Numbered from the stretch's first letter, positions 17,229 to 27,297 are shown. The stretch: 29,349 nt of DNA from Parachlamydiaceae bacterium (GCA_035440845.1 DAORNI010000005.1:15647-44995); one strand, 5' to 3'. Program-made: numbers and translations. The notes: a model not told the origin generated them from the letters alone.

Positions 17229-18125
17229 ATGCCAGAAGACAATCTACCTCTTACCCATTCAGAAGATCTAGAAATTCTGATGCATCGAGACGCCCATTTT
17301 TCTGGCAGCTTTGATATCATGCTAGACTATTATAAGAACCGGTATAAAGGGGTAATGCTGGATTTTGACCACGAGCGCATCCTTGAGTTGTCTGACTTGG
17401 AAAAACAGATGGGCACCAATTTGTCTGCCACTTTATTGTCTGGTGCTGACGCCGAAAAAGTCGCAAAAGCAAAAGCTGCCTATAAAAATTTGAGGGCTCT
17501 TTACGAAAATCCTTCTAAAGATAAAAAATATGCGCTTTTAGTGGCTGACCTGATCCTTTCTGAAGATGAAGAAGCAGAAGAAGAGATCAAAGCGATCGTT
17601 GCGGAAAAAGGAGCGATTGTCAGATCTTTGATCGACCTGTTGAGGGCAGAAGATTTTTATGATCCGCTAATGCCAGGCTATGGAAAAGCTCCTCTTCTTG
17701 CTGCAAAAGCCCTTGGACAAATTGGGGACAAGCGAGCCATCATTTCTTTGTTTGAGGCTTTGGGAGAGGGCGATTTTTTTGATGAGGGCATTGAACTTGA
17801 AGCTTTAAAAGCAATTGGAGAGCCGGCAAAAGAATTCCTTTTAAATGTCCTTAAAAGCCATCCTATCAATGCAGATAATGAAAAAGCAGCACTCGCCTTG
17901 ATTCAATTTAAAGAAGATGTGCAAATTGCAAAAGCCTGCTTTGAGATGCTTCAAAAAAAAGAAGCTCAAAAAAACTTAGTATTTGCCACTTATCTTGTGA
18001 TGAACTGTGAAAATTTAGAAGATACCGATCAAAAAGACAAACTAATTAAAATGGGACAGGATGAAAGCCTTGACAAGATGCTGCGGCTGGACATCCAAAA
18101 CCTCACAAAATATTGGACAAAATAA
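17229..18125 (+). CDS. Alpha-helical HEAT-repeat-like hypothetical protein (298 aa)
   Basis: Acidic helical protein with HEAT-like segments (AAKALGQIGDKRAIISLFEAL; ALKAIGEPAKEFLLNVL); starts 2 nt after the lipA stop. Confidence 0.75.
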   Translation: MPEDNLPLTHSEDLEILMHRDAHFSGSFDIMLDYYKNRYKGVMLDFDHERILELSDLEKQMGTNLSATLLSGADAEKVAKAKAAYKNLRALYENPSKDKKYALLVADLILSEDEEAEEEIKAIVAEKGAIVRSLIDLLRAEDFYDPLMPGYGKAPLLAAKALGQIGDKRAIISLFEALGEGDFFDEGIELEALKAIGEPAKEFLLNVLKSHPINADNEKAALALIQFKEDVQIAKACFEMLQKKEAQKNLVFATYLVMNCENLEDTDQKDKLIKMGQDESLDKMLRLDIQNLTKYWTK

Positions 18126-18135
18126 GGCTTACTGC

Positions 18136-18164
18136 TTGCACAATTTTAAATAAAAGATTAGGTT
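18136..18164 (+). promoter_or_regulatory. Putative sigma66 promoter of the sctJ operon
   Basis: TTGCAC (18136-18141), 17-nt spacer, TAGGTT (18159-18164). Confidence 0.45.
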
Positions 18165-18188
18165 GAATTGAAAAAACAAGAGATATTT

Positions 18189-19196
18189 ATGAACACGAAC
18201 GCATCAACTTTATCAATAGTACATTTTTTAAAAAAGCTTCGCAAATTTTCCCTTTTTTGCTTCATGCTCCTTTTTCTTGCCAGCTGCGATTCTGAAAAGA
18301 CCATTGTCAATGGGCTGGATGAAAGGGAAGCCAACGAAATTTTAGTTTTTCTTGCCTCCAAAGGCATTCAAGCAGAAAAAGCGCAAAGTAAAGATGCTAG
18401 CGGTGGCGGTGGCGGTGGCAAAGTGGCTGTCTTTGACATTACTGTCAGTGAAGACATGGCAAACCAGGCCATGGCGCTTTTAAACCAAAATGGATTGCCA
18501 AGAAGAAGAAGCCAAAACTTGCTTGGCATTTTTTCAAATGTCGGCCTTGTCCCATCCGCTATGGAGCAGCAAATCCGCTACCAGGCCGGCCTTGCAGAAC
18601 AAGCTGCCAGTACAATCCGCAAAATTGATGGAATCTTGGATGCCGAAGTGCAAATTTCTTTTCCAAAAGAAGATCCTTTGAACCCGGACAAAAAAACGGG
18701 TAAAATTACAGCTTCTGTCTACGTCAAGCACAATGGCGTACTCGATGATCCAAACAGCCACTTGATCACAAAGATCAAGCGTTTTGTTGAAGCTAGCGTG
18801 ACGGGGCTTAGCTTTGACAACATTACAGTGATTCCAGACAGGGCAAGGTTTAATGAGCTGCCAAGCCTTAATTTAGGCAATGCCGAAGAGAAAAGTTTTG
18901 TCAACGTCTGGGGGCTTATCATTGGAAAAGAATCTTTATTTAGTTTCCGTCTCCTCTTTTTCTCTTTCCTTATCTTGCTTTTATTTCTTTTGCTCTCGTT
19001 GCTTTGGCTTGGGTGGAAGATTTACCCTATTTTAAAAAGCCATGGCGGCATTAAAGAGCTTTTCCATCTAGAGCCTTTGGGTATAAAAAAAGCAGAAGAA
19101 GAGCCAAAAAAAGAAGAGGAAAAAGCATTAGAGGAAGAAAAAGATAAAAAAACAGAAACAAGAACAGTTGATAAAGACTTCGATGAGACGGAGTAG
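18189..19196 (+). CDS. sctJ: Type III secretion inner-membrane ring lipoprotein SctJ/CdsJ
   Basis: Lipobox LASC; IVNGLDEREANEILVFL; GLVPS..EQQIRYQAGLAEQ..IDGILDAEVQISFP; C-terminal TM with a charged tail. ATG 18189 preferred over TTG 18168. Confidence 0.95.
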   Translation: MNTNASTLSIVHFLKKLRKFSLFCFMLLFLASCDSEKTIVNGLDEREANEILVFLASKGIQAEKAQSKDASGGGGGGKVAVFDITVSEDMANQAMALLNQNGLPRRRSQNLLGIFSNVGLVPSAMEQQIRYQAGLAEQAASTIRKIDGILDAEVQISFPKEDPLNPDKKTGKITASVYVKHNGVLDDPNSHLITKIKRFVEASVTGLSFDNITVIPDRARFNELPSLNLGNAEEKSFVNVWGLIIGKESLFSFRLLFFSFLILLLFLLLSLLWLGWKIYPILKSHGGIKELFHLEPLGIKKAEEEPKKEEEKALEEEKDKKTETRTVDKDFDETE

Positions 19197-19198
19197 AA

Positions 19199-20062
19199 AT
19201 GGGCATGCAAGCAAAAGATCGACTGATGTTTCGCGTTTTGCTAAACAAATTCCATCCAAAAACAATGGATGCATTTTTAAAAAATATGCCAGCTTCTTTA
19301 GCAAAAGAGATCAGCGACCAAACAATCCTTGCAAACGATCCTATGCATCTTTTAAGCCAGCCCCAATTATTGATCGAAAAGGTGCACTATTCTTGGCTTT
19401 TGGATTCCTTTAAACAACTGCCGGATGGATTAAAACCCTCTGTTTTAGCTGCGCTGCCAGAGGCTCATGCCAATGGGATCAGCAAAGCTTTTAAATTTCC
19501 CGTGCAAAAGATCGATCATAGCCCTCCTTTCAAGCGATTTCTTATCAATTTTTTTTATTCCCGGTTTGAAAAAAAAGAGGTCTTGCCGCTTGAATTTCTT
19601 CCAGAGACAGAACTTAACGTCTTAACTAGCTTTTCAAAACCGATGCTAGTTGCCATCATCGATTATCTTGGCATTTATGATCTGGCAGAAGAGGTGCGCC
19701 ATATTGTAGAAAAAAACCTCCTAACAAGCCTGTACGCTGTGCTTTCACCAAAAAAGCAGCATTTTTTAAAACTATGCCTGAACCAAAAAGAGAAACTGGT
19801 AACGCCAAGACTTGGAATCGAAAGTTGGGATGGGCAAAAAGAGTCTTTAGAAAAAATCTTGCACAAAAGAGGACTGATCCGCTTAAGTCATGCATTGACC
19901 GGTGCTCATCCCGATTTCCTTTGGCATATTGTGCATCTATTGGACTCTGGAAGAGGAACTATTATTGCAGCCCACTATAAGCCGGATCAAAACCCGGCAG
20001 TTTCAGCGGCTTTGACCGCACAAGTTTTAAATGTCATCAACTTTTTAAATAAAAAGAGCTAA
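19199..20062 (+). CDS. Chlamydial T3SS operon protein (CT560 position, putative SctK-like)
   Basis: Located between sctJ and sctL with 2-4 nt gaps; helical 287-aa protein. The function call is positional. Confidence 0.75.
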   Translation: MGMQAKDRLMFRVLLNKFHPKTMDAFLKNMPASLAKEISDQTILANDPMHLLSQPQLLIEKVHYSWLLDSFKQLPDGLKPSVLAALPEAHANGISKAFKFPVQKIDHSPPFKRFLINFFYSRFEKKEVLPLEFLPETELNVLTSFSKPMLVAIIDYLGIYDLAEEVRHIVEKNLLTSLYAVLSPKKQHFLKLCLNQKEKLVTPRLGIESWDGQKESLEKILHKRGLIRLSHALTGAHPDFLWHIVHLLDSGRGTIIAAHYKPDQNPAVSAALTAQVLNVINFLNKKS

Positions 20063-20066
20063 AACA

Positions 20067-20723
20067 GTGAATAAACGTTTTTTTTCTCTCATCCATGGCG
20101 AAACAGTCCATGTAGCACCAAAAGTCAAATTTATCCCCTCCGGCGAGTTCTCGACACTATTAAATGCTAAAGACATTTTAGAAAAAGCAAAAGAAGATGC
20201 GGAAAAATATAAACTGGCTGTCACAGCAGAATGCGAGCAATTAAAAGAAGAAGCTGAAAAAATAGGATTTAACAAAGGGTTTGAAGCCTGGGCTAAAGAG
20301 CTTGCAAAATTGGAAAATGAGATCATTAGAATCCGCAGCGATTCTGAACAAGCCATTATCCCGATTGCTTTAAAAGCTGCCAAAAAAATTGTGGGCAAAG
20401 AGATCGAGCTTTCGGAAACCACCATTTTAAATATTGTTTTAAACTATTTAAAAGCTGTCTCTACCCATAAAAAAATTACGATCTATGTCAGCAAAAAAGA
20501 TCTTGCCATCCTTGAAAATAACAGACAGCGCCTAAAAGAAGCCTTTGAATCATTAGAAGCCTTATCCATTAGGGAACGACCAGATATTGAACCTGGCGGC
20601 TGCATCATCGAAACAGAAGGCGGCATCATCAATGCAAAACTTGAAAATCAGTGGGAAGTCATTGAGACTGCCTTTAAAGGACTCTTAAAAGAAGAACTGA
20701 AAACTGCCAAAGCTCAAAAATAA
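20067..20723 (+). CDS. sctL: Type III secretion stator SctL (FliH/YscL family)
   Basis: AEKIGFNKGFEAW repeat-like helix; IEPGGCIIETEGGIINAKLENQW C-terminus; GTG start. Confidence 0.93.
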   Translation: MNKRFFSLIHGETVHVAPKVKFIPSGEFSTLLNAKDILEKAKEDAEKYKLAVTAECEQLKEEAEKIGFNKGFEAWAKELAKLENEIIRIRSDSEQAIIPIALKAAKKIVGKEIELSETTILNIVLNYLKAVSTHKKITIYVSKKDLAILENNRQRLKEAFESLEALSIRERPDIEPGGCIIETEGGIINAKLENQWEVIETAFKGLLKEELKTAKAQK

Positions 20724-20734
20724 CAAGGCTTAAA

Positions 20735-21649
20735 ATGCTAAAGACCAAAGTATTTACATCTTTTCTTTATGTGGTAGCAATTATTGCAGTACTTGCCTTT
20801 TCACCAGCTGCTCTTTTTTCGCAAAGCGCAGGAGTGCCTCCGGGAAAAACTGGATCTCAAGCTCCAGCTAGCAGTTCTTCATTAAATAGAGCAGCTCCTG
20901 CAAAAAGCGCAACTAGTCCCTCTACTGTAGAGAGTAGGTCTTCCCTGGAAAATGTCAACTTTCCAATCGACCCTATTAAAAGGCCTTCCCTGATCACACA
21001 AGCTGCTTCTTTGACGATGCTTTCGCTTTTGCCTTTTATCATCATGATTTTAACTTCCTTTTTAAAAATCGTGATTGTCCTCTCTCTTTTAAGAAGTGCT
21101 CTTGGCGTACAGCAAGCACCGCCAAACCAGATCATCAACGGCGTGGCCTTCATGCTCAGTTTGTTTATTATGTATCCAACTGTTCTTCTGATGTATGATG
21201 CAGCAGCAAAAGTGATTGCTAAAACACAAGCGCCAGAATCTCTTCTTGCAACAGATTCCCCGGCCTACATCATGGCAATAGCAGGGGAGGCAAGGGAGCC
21301 TTTAAGATCGTTTTTAAAGCGCAATTCCAGCATTGCGCACCAGGCGCTTTTTTATAGACTCTCTTACCGCATTTTGCCAGAGGATCATAGGGCTGGATTA
21401 AAAGCAGACGATTTTATGGTGCTTGTCCCCTCTTACATCACAAGTCAGCTTAAAGACGCTTTTGAAATTGGCGTCCTTATTTATATCCCCTTCTTTGTGA
21501 TCGACCTTGTGACGTCCAATATTTTGCTTGCTATGGGGATGATGATGCTTTCGCCAGTGACTATTTCTATGCCGCTCAAACTATTTTTGCTAGTGATGCT
21601 AGATGGCTGGACCTTGTTGATAGAAGGCCTTGTAAATACTTTTAGATAA
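20735..21649 (+). CDS. sctR: Type III export apparatus SctR (FliP/YscR family)
   Basis: [45 protein letters not shown] and ALGMMM-like AMGMMMLSPVTISMPLKLFLLVMLDGW motifs. Confidence 0.96.
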   Translation: MLKTKVFTSFLYVVAIIAVLAFSPAALFSQSAGVPPGKTGSQAPASSSSLNRAAPAKSATSPSTVESRSSLENVNFPIDPIKRPSLITQAASLTMLSLLPFIIMILTSFLKIVIVLSLLRSALGVQQAPPNQIINGVAFMLSLFIMYPTVLLMYDAAAKVIAKTQAPESLLATDSPAYIMAIAGEAREPLRSFLKRNSSIAHQALFYRLSYRILPEDHRAGLKADDFMVLVPSYITSQLKDAFEIGVLIYIPFFVIDLVTSNILLAMGMMMLSPVTISMPLKLFLLVMLDGWTLLIEGLVNTFR

Positions 21650-21659
21650 AGGGAGCACT

Positions 21660-21938
21660 ATGTTTCAAACTCAAGCGATTCAATTAGCCTATCAAGGGCT
21701 TTTGCTGATTCTGATCTTATCTGCCCCTCCTATTTTAGTCAGCATGTTCTTTGGAATTTTAGTGGCTATTTTCCAAGCTGCCACGCAAATTCAAGAGCAA
21801 ACACTCTCTTTTACCATCAAGCTTGTCGCCGTGACTTTAACCCTCATGCTTTTGGGACCTTGGCTTGGAGCTCAGATCATGTCCTTTGCAGTCAATATCT
21901 TTACCAATTTTCCCCAATGGAGCTTTGCACAGCAGTGA
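21660..21938 (+). CDS. sctS: Type III export apparatus SctS (FliQ/YscS family)
   Basis: FQAATQIQEQTLSFTIKL motif; 92 aa; two TM segments. Confidence 0.95.
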   Translation: MFQTQAIQLAYQGLLLILILSAPPILVSMFFGILVAIFQAATQIQEQTLSFTIKLVAVTLTLMLLGPWLGAQIMSFAVNIFTNFPQWSFAQQ

Positions 21939-21956
21939 TAGCTATAGTCGATTATT

Positions 21957-22808
21957 ATGTCTGATTCTTATCTCGCGCTGTTTTTAAATAGTGCACTCTC
22001 TCAAGGAAGTTTGCTGGGTCCCCTTTCTTTGCTGCTTCTATTTTTTGGCAGATTTTTGCCCATTATTGCGCTCTCCCCTTTTTTTGGCGCCCGCGTTTTG
22101 CCACATCCTGTAAAGGTGATGTTTGCCATTACGATGTTTGTGGTCTTTCTTCCAAAGCTTTTAGAAGTCACAAAGACGCCTTTGACATTTGACTCCATGC
22201 TGCCCCTTTTTATGGCAAAAGAGCTTTTTATCGGGTTTCTTTTAGGGTTTATTATTGGAATGCCGTTTATGATCGTGCAAAATGCGGGCATTATCATTGA
22301 CCATCAAAGGGGTGGTGCAAGCTTGATGGTAAACGATCCTACTATCCAAAACCAATCCTCTCCACTTGGTACGCTTTTTAATTTTATTATGATCGTCATC
22401 TTTTATGCATTAGATGGCCCTTTTTTGTTTATTGACGCGCTCATCACCTCTTATGAAGTGGTGCCCCCAGACCAATTTTTCAATCCAAGCTTTTTCTCTT
22501 ATGACTCCAGCTTTTGGAAGCCTCAAATGATGGATCTGCTAAATAAAGTGATGACGATCACCATCCGGCTTGCTTCTCCTGCCCTTTTGACCATTCTAAT
22601 GACGGATGTCTTTTTAGGCATTGCCAACAGACTGGCTCCGCAAGTGCAAATCACTTTTTTAGGGATGCCCTTAAAATCTCTTTTGGCTCTTACCATCATC
22701 TTCTTTGGCTGGCAATTGTTTACAGAAGAGCTTAGCCATGAGATCTATTATTGGCTAAGCTACGTCAACAACACATTAAAAATCTTTAAAGCCTCCATGC
22801 CGCTTTAA
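21957..22808 (+). CDS. sctT: Type III export apparatus SctT (FliR/YscT family)
   Basis: KELFIGFLLGF, AGIIIDHQRG and GIANRLAPQVQITFLGMPLKSLL motifs. Confidence 0.95.
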   Translation: MSDSYLALFLNSALSQGSLLGPLSLLLLFFGRFLPIIALSPFFGARVLPHPVKVMFAITMFVVFLPKLLEVTKTPLTFDSMLPLFMAKELFIGFLLGFIIGMPFMIVQNAGIIIDHQRGGASLMVNDPTIQNQSSPLGTLFNFIMIVIFYALDGPFLFIDALITSYEVVPPDQFFNPSFFSYDSSFWKPQMMDLLNKVMTITIRLASPALLTILMTDVFLGIANRLAPQVQITFLGMPLKSLLALTIIFFGWQLFTEELSHEIYYWLSYVNNTLKIFKASMPL

Positions 22809-22883
22809 AGCACTAAAATTGTCCTATTCCAAAAACTATTTATTTTATATCATTTGCTCACTTCAAATTAACAAGGACTTTTT

Positions 22884-23252
22884 ATGACACACATTCCCCT
22901 TATCATGATCTTATCTCCACAGGGAGATTCTCTCTATTTAAAGGTAAATGGGGAAAATTTTCGCGACGTAAAAGAAAGCGATTCCATTCATCCCGCACTA
23001 AAAAGAGTGTCTCTTTTAAACAACAGGCCAGCCACTCTTTATTTCTTGCAAAAACTGTCTGCTGATAAAGAGTTTAAAGCAACTCAAAACTTAAAAACTT
23101 ACCATTACAGTACTGTAGACAAAGATCATACAGAATCAGATTTTCAAATAGATGGGGGCACCCTTCATGAATGCTCTCTATTTCAGATGACCACCTTTAT
23201 TTTTAATAAATTAAGTGAAGAAGCTTTTATGCACAATCCTGCTAAACTTTGA
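22884..23252 (+). CDS. Hypothetical protein (122 aa)
   Basis: ORF fills the gap between sctT and the dinG stop; AAGGA RBS a few nt upstream; no competing ORF; no recognised motif. Confidence 0.65.
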   Translation: MTHIPLIMILSPQGDSLYLKVNGENFRDVKESDSIHPALKRVSLLNNRPATLYFLQKLSADKEFKATQNLKTYHYSTVDKDHTESDFQIDGGTLHECSLFQMTTFIFNKLSEEAFMHNPAKL

Positions 23253-23280
23253 AGTTTATAGTCGTTTAAAATAGCAATTT

Positions 23281-25497
23281 TTAAGAAGATTTTTTAACAA
23301 GATAATGAGTCCTCTTATAAAAGAGGCTCATTTCTTTTTCGACTTCACTGCAAAGACCAAAAAATGTTTGGCAGCCTGGCAAACTGTCTAGAAATTGTTT
23401 TCCATAGCCTTTTTTTAAAATACGAGAATCTAAGCAGATGATGCAGCCCCGGTCGCTTTTATTGCGGATTAGTCTCCCCACCCCTTGCTTGAATTTAACA
23501 ATTGCAGAAGGAAGCGAATATTCAGTAAAAGGCTCTCCCCCCTTTGCCAAAATAGCTTCTGATCTTGCCTGTACAATAGGTTCTGATGGCACTTTAAAGG
23601 GGAGCTTTACAATAATGACACATCTTAGAGCATCTCCTGCGACATCTACCCCTTCCCAAAAAGAATCAGTGCCAAAAAGGATGGAACGTTCTGTCTTTTT
23701 AAATTTTTCTAAAAGCTTCTGTCTGCTTTCATTGCCTTGCTTAAATAGCTGATAACGGTTTTCAACAAATTTCTTCTCGAGCAGGCCGCTGCACTGGTTG
23801 AGCATGGCATAAGAGGTAAAAAGCACAAAAGCGTTTCCATTTGATGCTTTTACCAGATGCCAGATGTGCTCTGCGGCTGCTTTTATAAATTGCTTGTCAG
23901 AGGGGTCTGGAAGGTCTGTTGGCACAGCAAAAAGCGCCTGCTTTTTAAAATCAAAGGGAGATCCGTAAATCTCTTCTTTAATGATTTTTTCAGGTAAAAG
24001 CTTTTCTGTCAGACCAAGACGGCTTTTGATGAATTTAAAATTCTTATGACTTGTCAATGTAGCACTACACAGAATAATGGCTGCAAATTTACTAAAAAGG
24101 AATTCCACACATGCTTTGGAAATATCCAAATCAGCATCGTTCAAATGAAGGTTATCTTGAAAACCTATGGTCTGCAGCTCCATCCAGCGAACTTTATTGG
24201 GCTTTGATTCCGTTAAAATCAGCTCTTTTAATAAACTGGCTGCTTCTTTTAACCGATTGGCCAAAGCTAAAATTTCATGTCTGATGCTTTTTGTTAGTTC
24301 ATTTAATTTTTCATCGCTTAAATTGACAATGTCTTGATCTATAGCTTCCAAACTTCTGATATATTTATGGACGGATCGAATAAAAGCTTCTGCATGCAAA
24401 ACCAAACTATTTTTCCAGAGGGGATGTGTTTGATGATAGGGGTGAAGACGCAGTTTTAGTTCTTTATCTTCACTATCTTTTTCCAAAAGCGCTGCCATAA
24501 ATTCGGTTATTGCATCAAAAGTTTGCACAAGATGGGTCAACAGATCATTTTTATCTGCCGTAATGTCAATAGTTAAACGACTTAAGATAGAAGAAATCTC
24601 AGAAGGAAACATCTTATTTTTGTAATATTCGCCAATCTTTTGCTTTAAAAGAGATAACTTTCCATACCCGTCTGTCTGCTTTTCTGCAGATAGGCGCCCT
24701 ATGATGCGCAAGAGGTTTAGACGGTTTACATTTTTTGCAAAATATTCTGTTGCAATATCTTCAATATGGTGCGCCTCATCCATAACAATGCGGGTATAAG
24801 CTGGCAATATGGCTGGATCTTCATAATTGTCGATCTCTTCACGCCTGTTGAGATCGGCAAAAAGGAGGTGGTGGTTGACGATTAAAAGCTGTGCGTCTTG
24901 CGCTTTCTTGCGTGCTTTAAAAAAATGGCATTCTTGAAAGTGGGGGCATTTGCTGTTTGTGCAAGTGTCGCTTTCTGCTGCAATTTTTTCCCAAGGAAAA
25001 GAAAAAAGCGCAAAATTAAGATTAGATCTTGAACCCTCTTTTGTAGTAGCGCTCCAGGCTTCCAATTTTTGAAATTCTTCTCTTTCCTCCTCGTTTAAAA
25101 GAAGGATGCCCTCTCTTGTTTCTTCAAGTTTGCGCAAACACGCATAATTTGACATGCCCTTGACAAGAACTGCCTTTAGTTCTACATTTAAAGCCTTTAA
25201 AATAAGGGGGATATCTTTATTTAAGAGTTGCTCTTGCAAAGCAATCGTATGGGTGGAGATGGCTGTTCTTTCTTTATTTTGCAAAGACCAGAGAATAGCT
25301 GGGATCAAATAAGCAAAGCTTTTTCCAGTACCTGTTTGAGCTTCGATTAGGGCTATTTGTCCTTCGTTATAAGAAGTTAAAACAGCCTCCATCATTTTTT
25401 GCTGTTCTTGCCTTGGCTCAAACCCTTTTAGGGAAAGACTCAACTTGCCATCTTCTTTTAAAAGATCCAGCGCTTTTTCGATGTTCAAATGGTTCAT
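23281..25497 (-). CDS. dinG: DinG/YoaA family ATP-dependent Fe-S helicase
   Basis: EAQTGTGKS Walker A, Fe-S cysteines (YACL...DTCTNSKCPHFQEC), MDEAHH, CSATL, GTDSFWEGVDV and KQGVGRLIR motifs. Confidence 0.93.
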   Translation of the reverse strand: MNHLNIEKALDLLKEDGKLSLSLKGFEPRQEQQKMMEAVLTSYNEGQIALIEAQTGTGKSFAYLIPAILWSLQNKERTAISTHTIALQEQLLNKDIPLILKALNVELKAVLVKGMSNYACLRKLEETREGILLLNEEEREEFQKLEAWSATTKEGSRSNLNFALFSFPWEKIAAESDTCTNSKCPHFQECHFFKARKKAQDAQLLIVNHHLLFADLNRREEIDNYEDPAILPAYTRIVMDEAHHIEDIATEYFAKNVNRLNLLRIIGRLSAEKQTDGYGKLSLLKQKIGEYYKNKMFPSEISSILSRLTIDITADKNDLLTHLVQTFDAITEFMAALLEKDSEDKELKLRLHPYHQTHPLWKNSLVLHAEAFIRSVHKYIRSLEAIDQDIVNLSDEKLNELTKSIRHEILALANRLKEAASLLKELILTESKPNKVRWMELQTIGFQDNLHLNDADLDISKACVEFLFSKFAAIILCSATLTSHKNFKFIKSRLGLTEKLLPEKIIKEEIYGSPFDFKKQALFAVPTDLPDPSDKQFIKAAAEHIWHLVKASNGNAFVLFTSYAMLNQCSGLLEKKFVENRYQLFKQGNESRQKLLEKFKKTERSILFGTDSFWEGVDVAGDALRCVIIVKLPFKVPSEPIVQARSEAILAKGGEPFTEYSLPSAIVKFKQGVGRLIRNKSDRGCIICLDSRILKKGYGKQFLDSLPGCQTFFGLCSEVEKEMSLFYKRTHYLVKKSS

Positions 25498-27161
25498 TAT
25501 TCAGCTTCAAGAAGATCAAGAAAAGCTTTCAATTGTTTAGATCTTGTTGGGTGTCTCATTTTGCGCAGCGCTTTTGCCTCGATCTGCCGGATCCTCTCAC
25601 GTGTGACATTAAATTCAATGCCCACTTCTTCCAATGTTTTTGGTTTCCCATCTGCCAGGCCAAAGCGTTGGATGAGTACTTTTCTCTCACGTTCTGTCAA
25701 TGTAGAAAGGACATCTCCCATCTTGTCTTTTAAAATCGAATAACCAGTAGCTTCGGCCGGAGAGTCTGCCGTGGTATCTTCCAAAAAGTCTCCAAATTGG
25801 CTCTCGCCTCCATCGCCAACTTCCGCCTGTAGCGAAATGGGGTGCTGGGCAATTTTATAAATCTCCCTGACACGATCTGCTGTGATGCCAAGTTCAATGG
25901 CGAGCTCTTCTGGAGTTGGCTCCCTTCCTGTTTCCATCATGAGCTTTTTAGCCCCACGGAGCACTTTATTAATGGTTTCGATCATATGAACAGGAATACG
26001 GATCGTCCTTGCCTGATCGGCAATGGCTCTTGTCACTGCTTGACGGATCCACCATGTGGCATAAGTTGAAAATTTATAACCGCGGCGGTATTCAAATTTT
26101 TCAACAGCTTTCATAAGACCCATATTTCCCTCTTGGATCAAGTCAAGAAAGGAAAGACCTCTATTGGTGTATTTCTTGGCAATCGAAATCACAAGGCGCA
26201 AGTTAGACTCGACCATTTCCCGCTTTGCTTCTTGCGATTTATCCATCCAGCGCTGCAGCATGCGGACGTCTTTTTTAAAGTCGTCTAATGTGCGTCCAGC
26301 AGCCAGCTCTTTCTTTTGCAATCTTCTTTTGGCAGAAGCTAATTTTGCTGCCGCAAATTTATTGCGCTCTGCTCTTGGAGTCAATTCGTTGATTTCTTTT
26401 TCAAGGGCTAAAAACCTATCGTATGATCTTGTAATAAGTTCGCCAAAGTCTTCTGTGATGTTATGCCTAAAATGGAATCTTCTAAGATAAGCTTGAGTGC
26501 GGATACGGCATTTTTCAATTTCTTCCAAGATAGAAGTGCGATCTGTTTTTTTAAGCACCGGATCATTAAATTTAAGCAAAATCATTTGAAGATTGTCATC
26601 TTCTTCTTTTAATAGCTTGGCCAGCTTTGGTAAAAGATTTAAAAATTCCTGCTTGTTTAAAATCTCTTTTTCCGTGATGCACTTATCAAAGCGGTCTTTT
26701 CCGTGGATCAGGAAGTTGGCAATAGAAATAGCTTCGCACGTGGAATAGCGAAAGCGCATGATGATGCGCTCAATCTGGATCTGCGCTTTTTCAATGCGTT
26801 TTGAAATTTCAACTTCTTCTTCTCGCGTTAAAAGAGGGACAGAGCCCATCTCTTTCAAGTACATCCGGACAGGGTCGTCCGGTGTACCCTCTGAGCGCTT
26901 GGGGAGACCCTCCAGCTCTTTTGCTTCTTTTTTCCGCTCTTTTTGCTTTTCCACTTCAGACTGGTTTAAAATCTGAATGTCCATGCCGTTAAGATAGATC
27001 AAGACCTGATCGATCTCTTCTGCAGAATCAAAATTCATGGGCAGAATTTCATTGATCTCTTCGTAGGTAATATAGCCTTGTTCTTTTGCGATGGAAATGA
27101 GCTCATCTACTTTTTGCTGATGCTGATTAGAAAACGTGGCTTTGAAATTCGACTTGTTCAT
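25497..27161 (-). CDS. rpoD: Primary sigma factor RpoD (sigma66)
   Basis: Region 1.1 ([14 protein letters not shown]), 1.2 ([12 protein letters not shown]), 2 ([19 protein letters not shown]...YATWWIRQA) and 4 ([18 protein letters not shown]); AGGAG upstream. Confidence 0.98.
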   Translation of the reverse strand: MNKSNFKATFSNQHQQKVDELISIAKEQGYITYEEINEILPMNFDSAEEIDQVLIYLNGMDIQILNQSEVEKQKERKKEAKELEGLPKRSEGTPDDPVRMYLKEMGSVPLLTREEEVEISKRIEKAQIQIERIIMRFRYSTCEAISIANFLIHGKDRFDKCITEKEILNKQEFLNLLPKLAKLLKEEDDNLQMILLKFNDPVLKKTDRTSILEEIEKCRIRTQAYLRRFHFRHNITEDFGELITRSYDRFLALEKEINELTPRAERNKFAAAKLASAKRRLQKKELAAGRTLDDFKKDVRMLQRWMDKSQEAKREMVESNLRLVISIAKKYTNRGLSFLDLIQEGNMGLMKAVEKFEYRRGYKFSTYATWWIRQAVTRAIADQARTIRIPVHMIETINKVLRGAKKLMMETGREPTPEELAIELGITADRVREIYKIAQHPISLQAEVGDGGESQFGDFLEDTTADSPAEATGYSILKDKMGDVLSTLTERERKVLIQRFGLADGKPKTLEEVGIEFNVTRERIRQIEAKALRKMRHPTRSKQLKAFLDLLEAE

Positions 27162-27297
27162 GATCTCCTAAAAAATGTCTTGCTTGAAATAAAAGCAATA
27201 ATAGATATAAAATGCAGTGGAATGTAAATTCTCTAATACTTTATCTGTTTTTGTCAAGAACCTAATAGCTTGTCAAGAATATTTTTGCTATTTCAAA

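Noticed and set aside
18168-18188. Track start codons TTG 18168 (sctJ) and GTG 27217 (coiA)
   Set aside because: Both extensions overlap likely promoter DNA; the downstream ATGs (18189, 27298) fit better.
18402-18419. (GGTGGC)x3 encoding poly-Gly in SctJ
   Set aside because: Short in-frame flexible loop; low-complexity inserts here are unremarkable.
20735-20990. Long signal-like and Ser/Ala/Pro-rich N-terminal extension of SctR
   Set aside because: Chlamydial SctR proteins are, as I recall, generally about 300 aa with such an extension, so this is a lineage trait rather than a novelty.
14891-22808. Lipoate genes (lpdA, lipA) adjacent to the T3SS operon as a novel system
   Set aside because: This order matches the known chlamydial arrangement (about CT557-CT564 in C. 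trachomatis).
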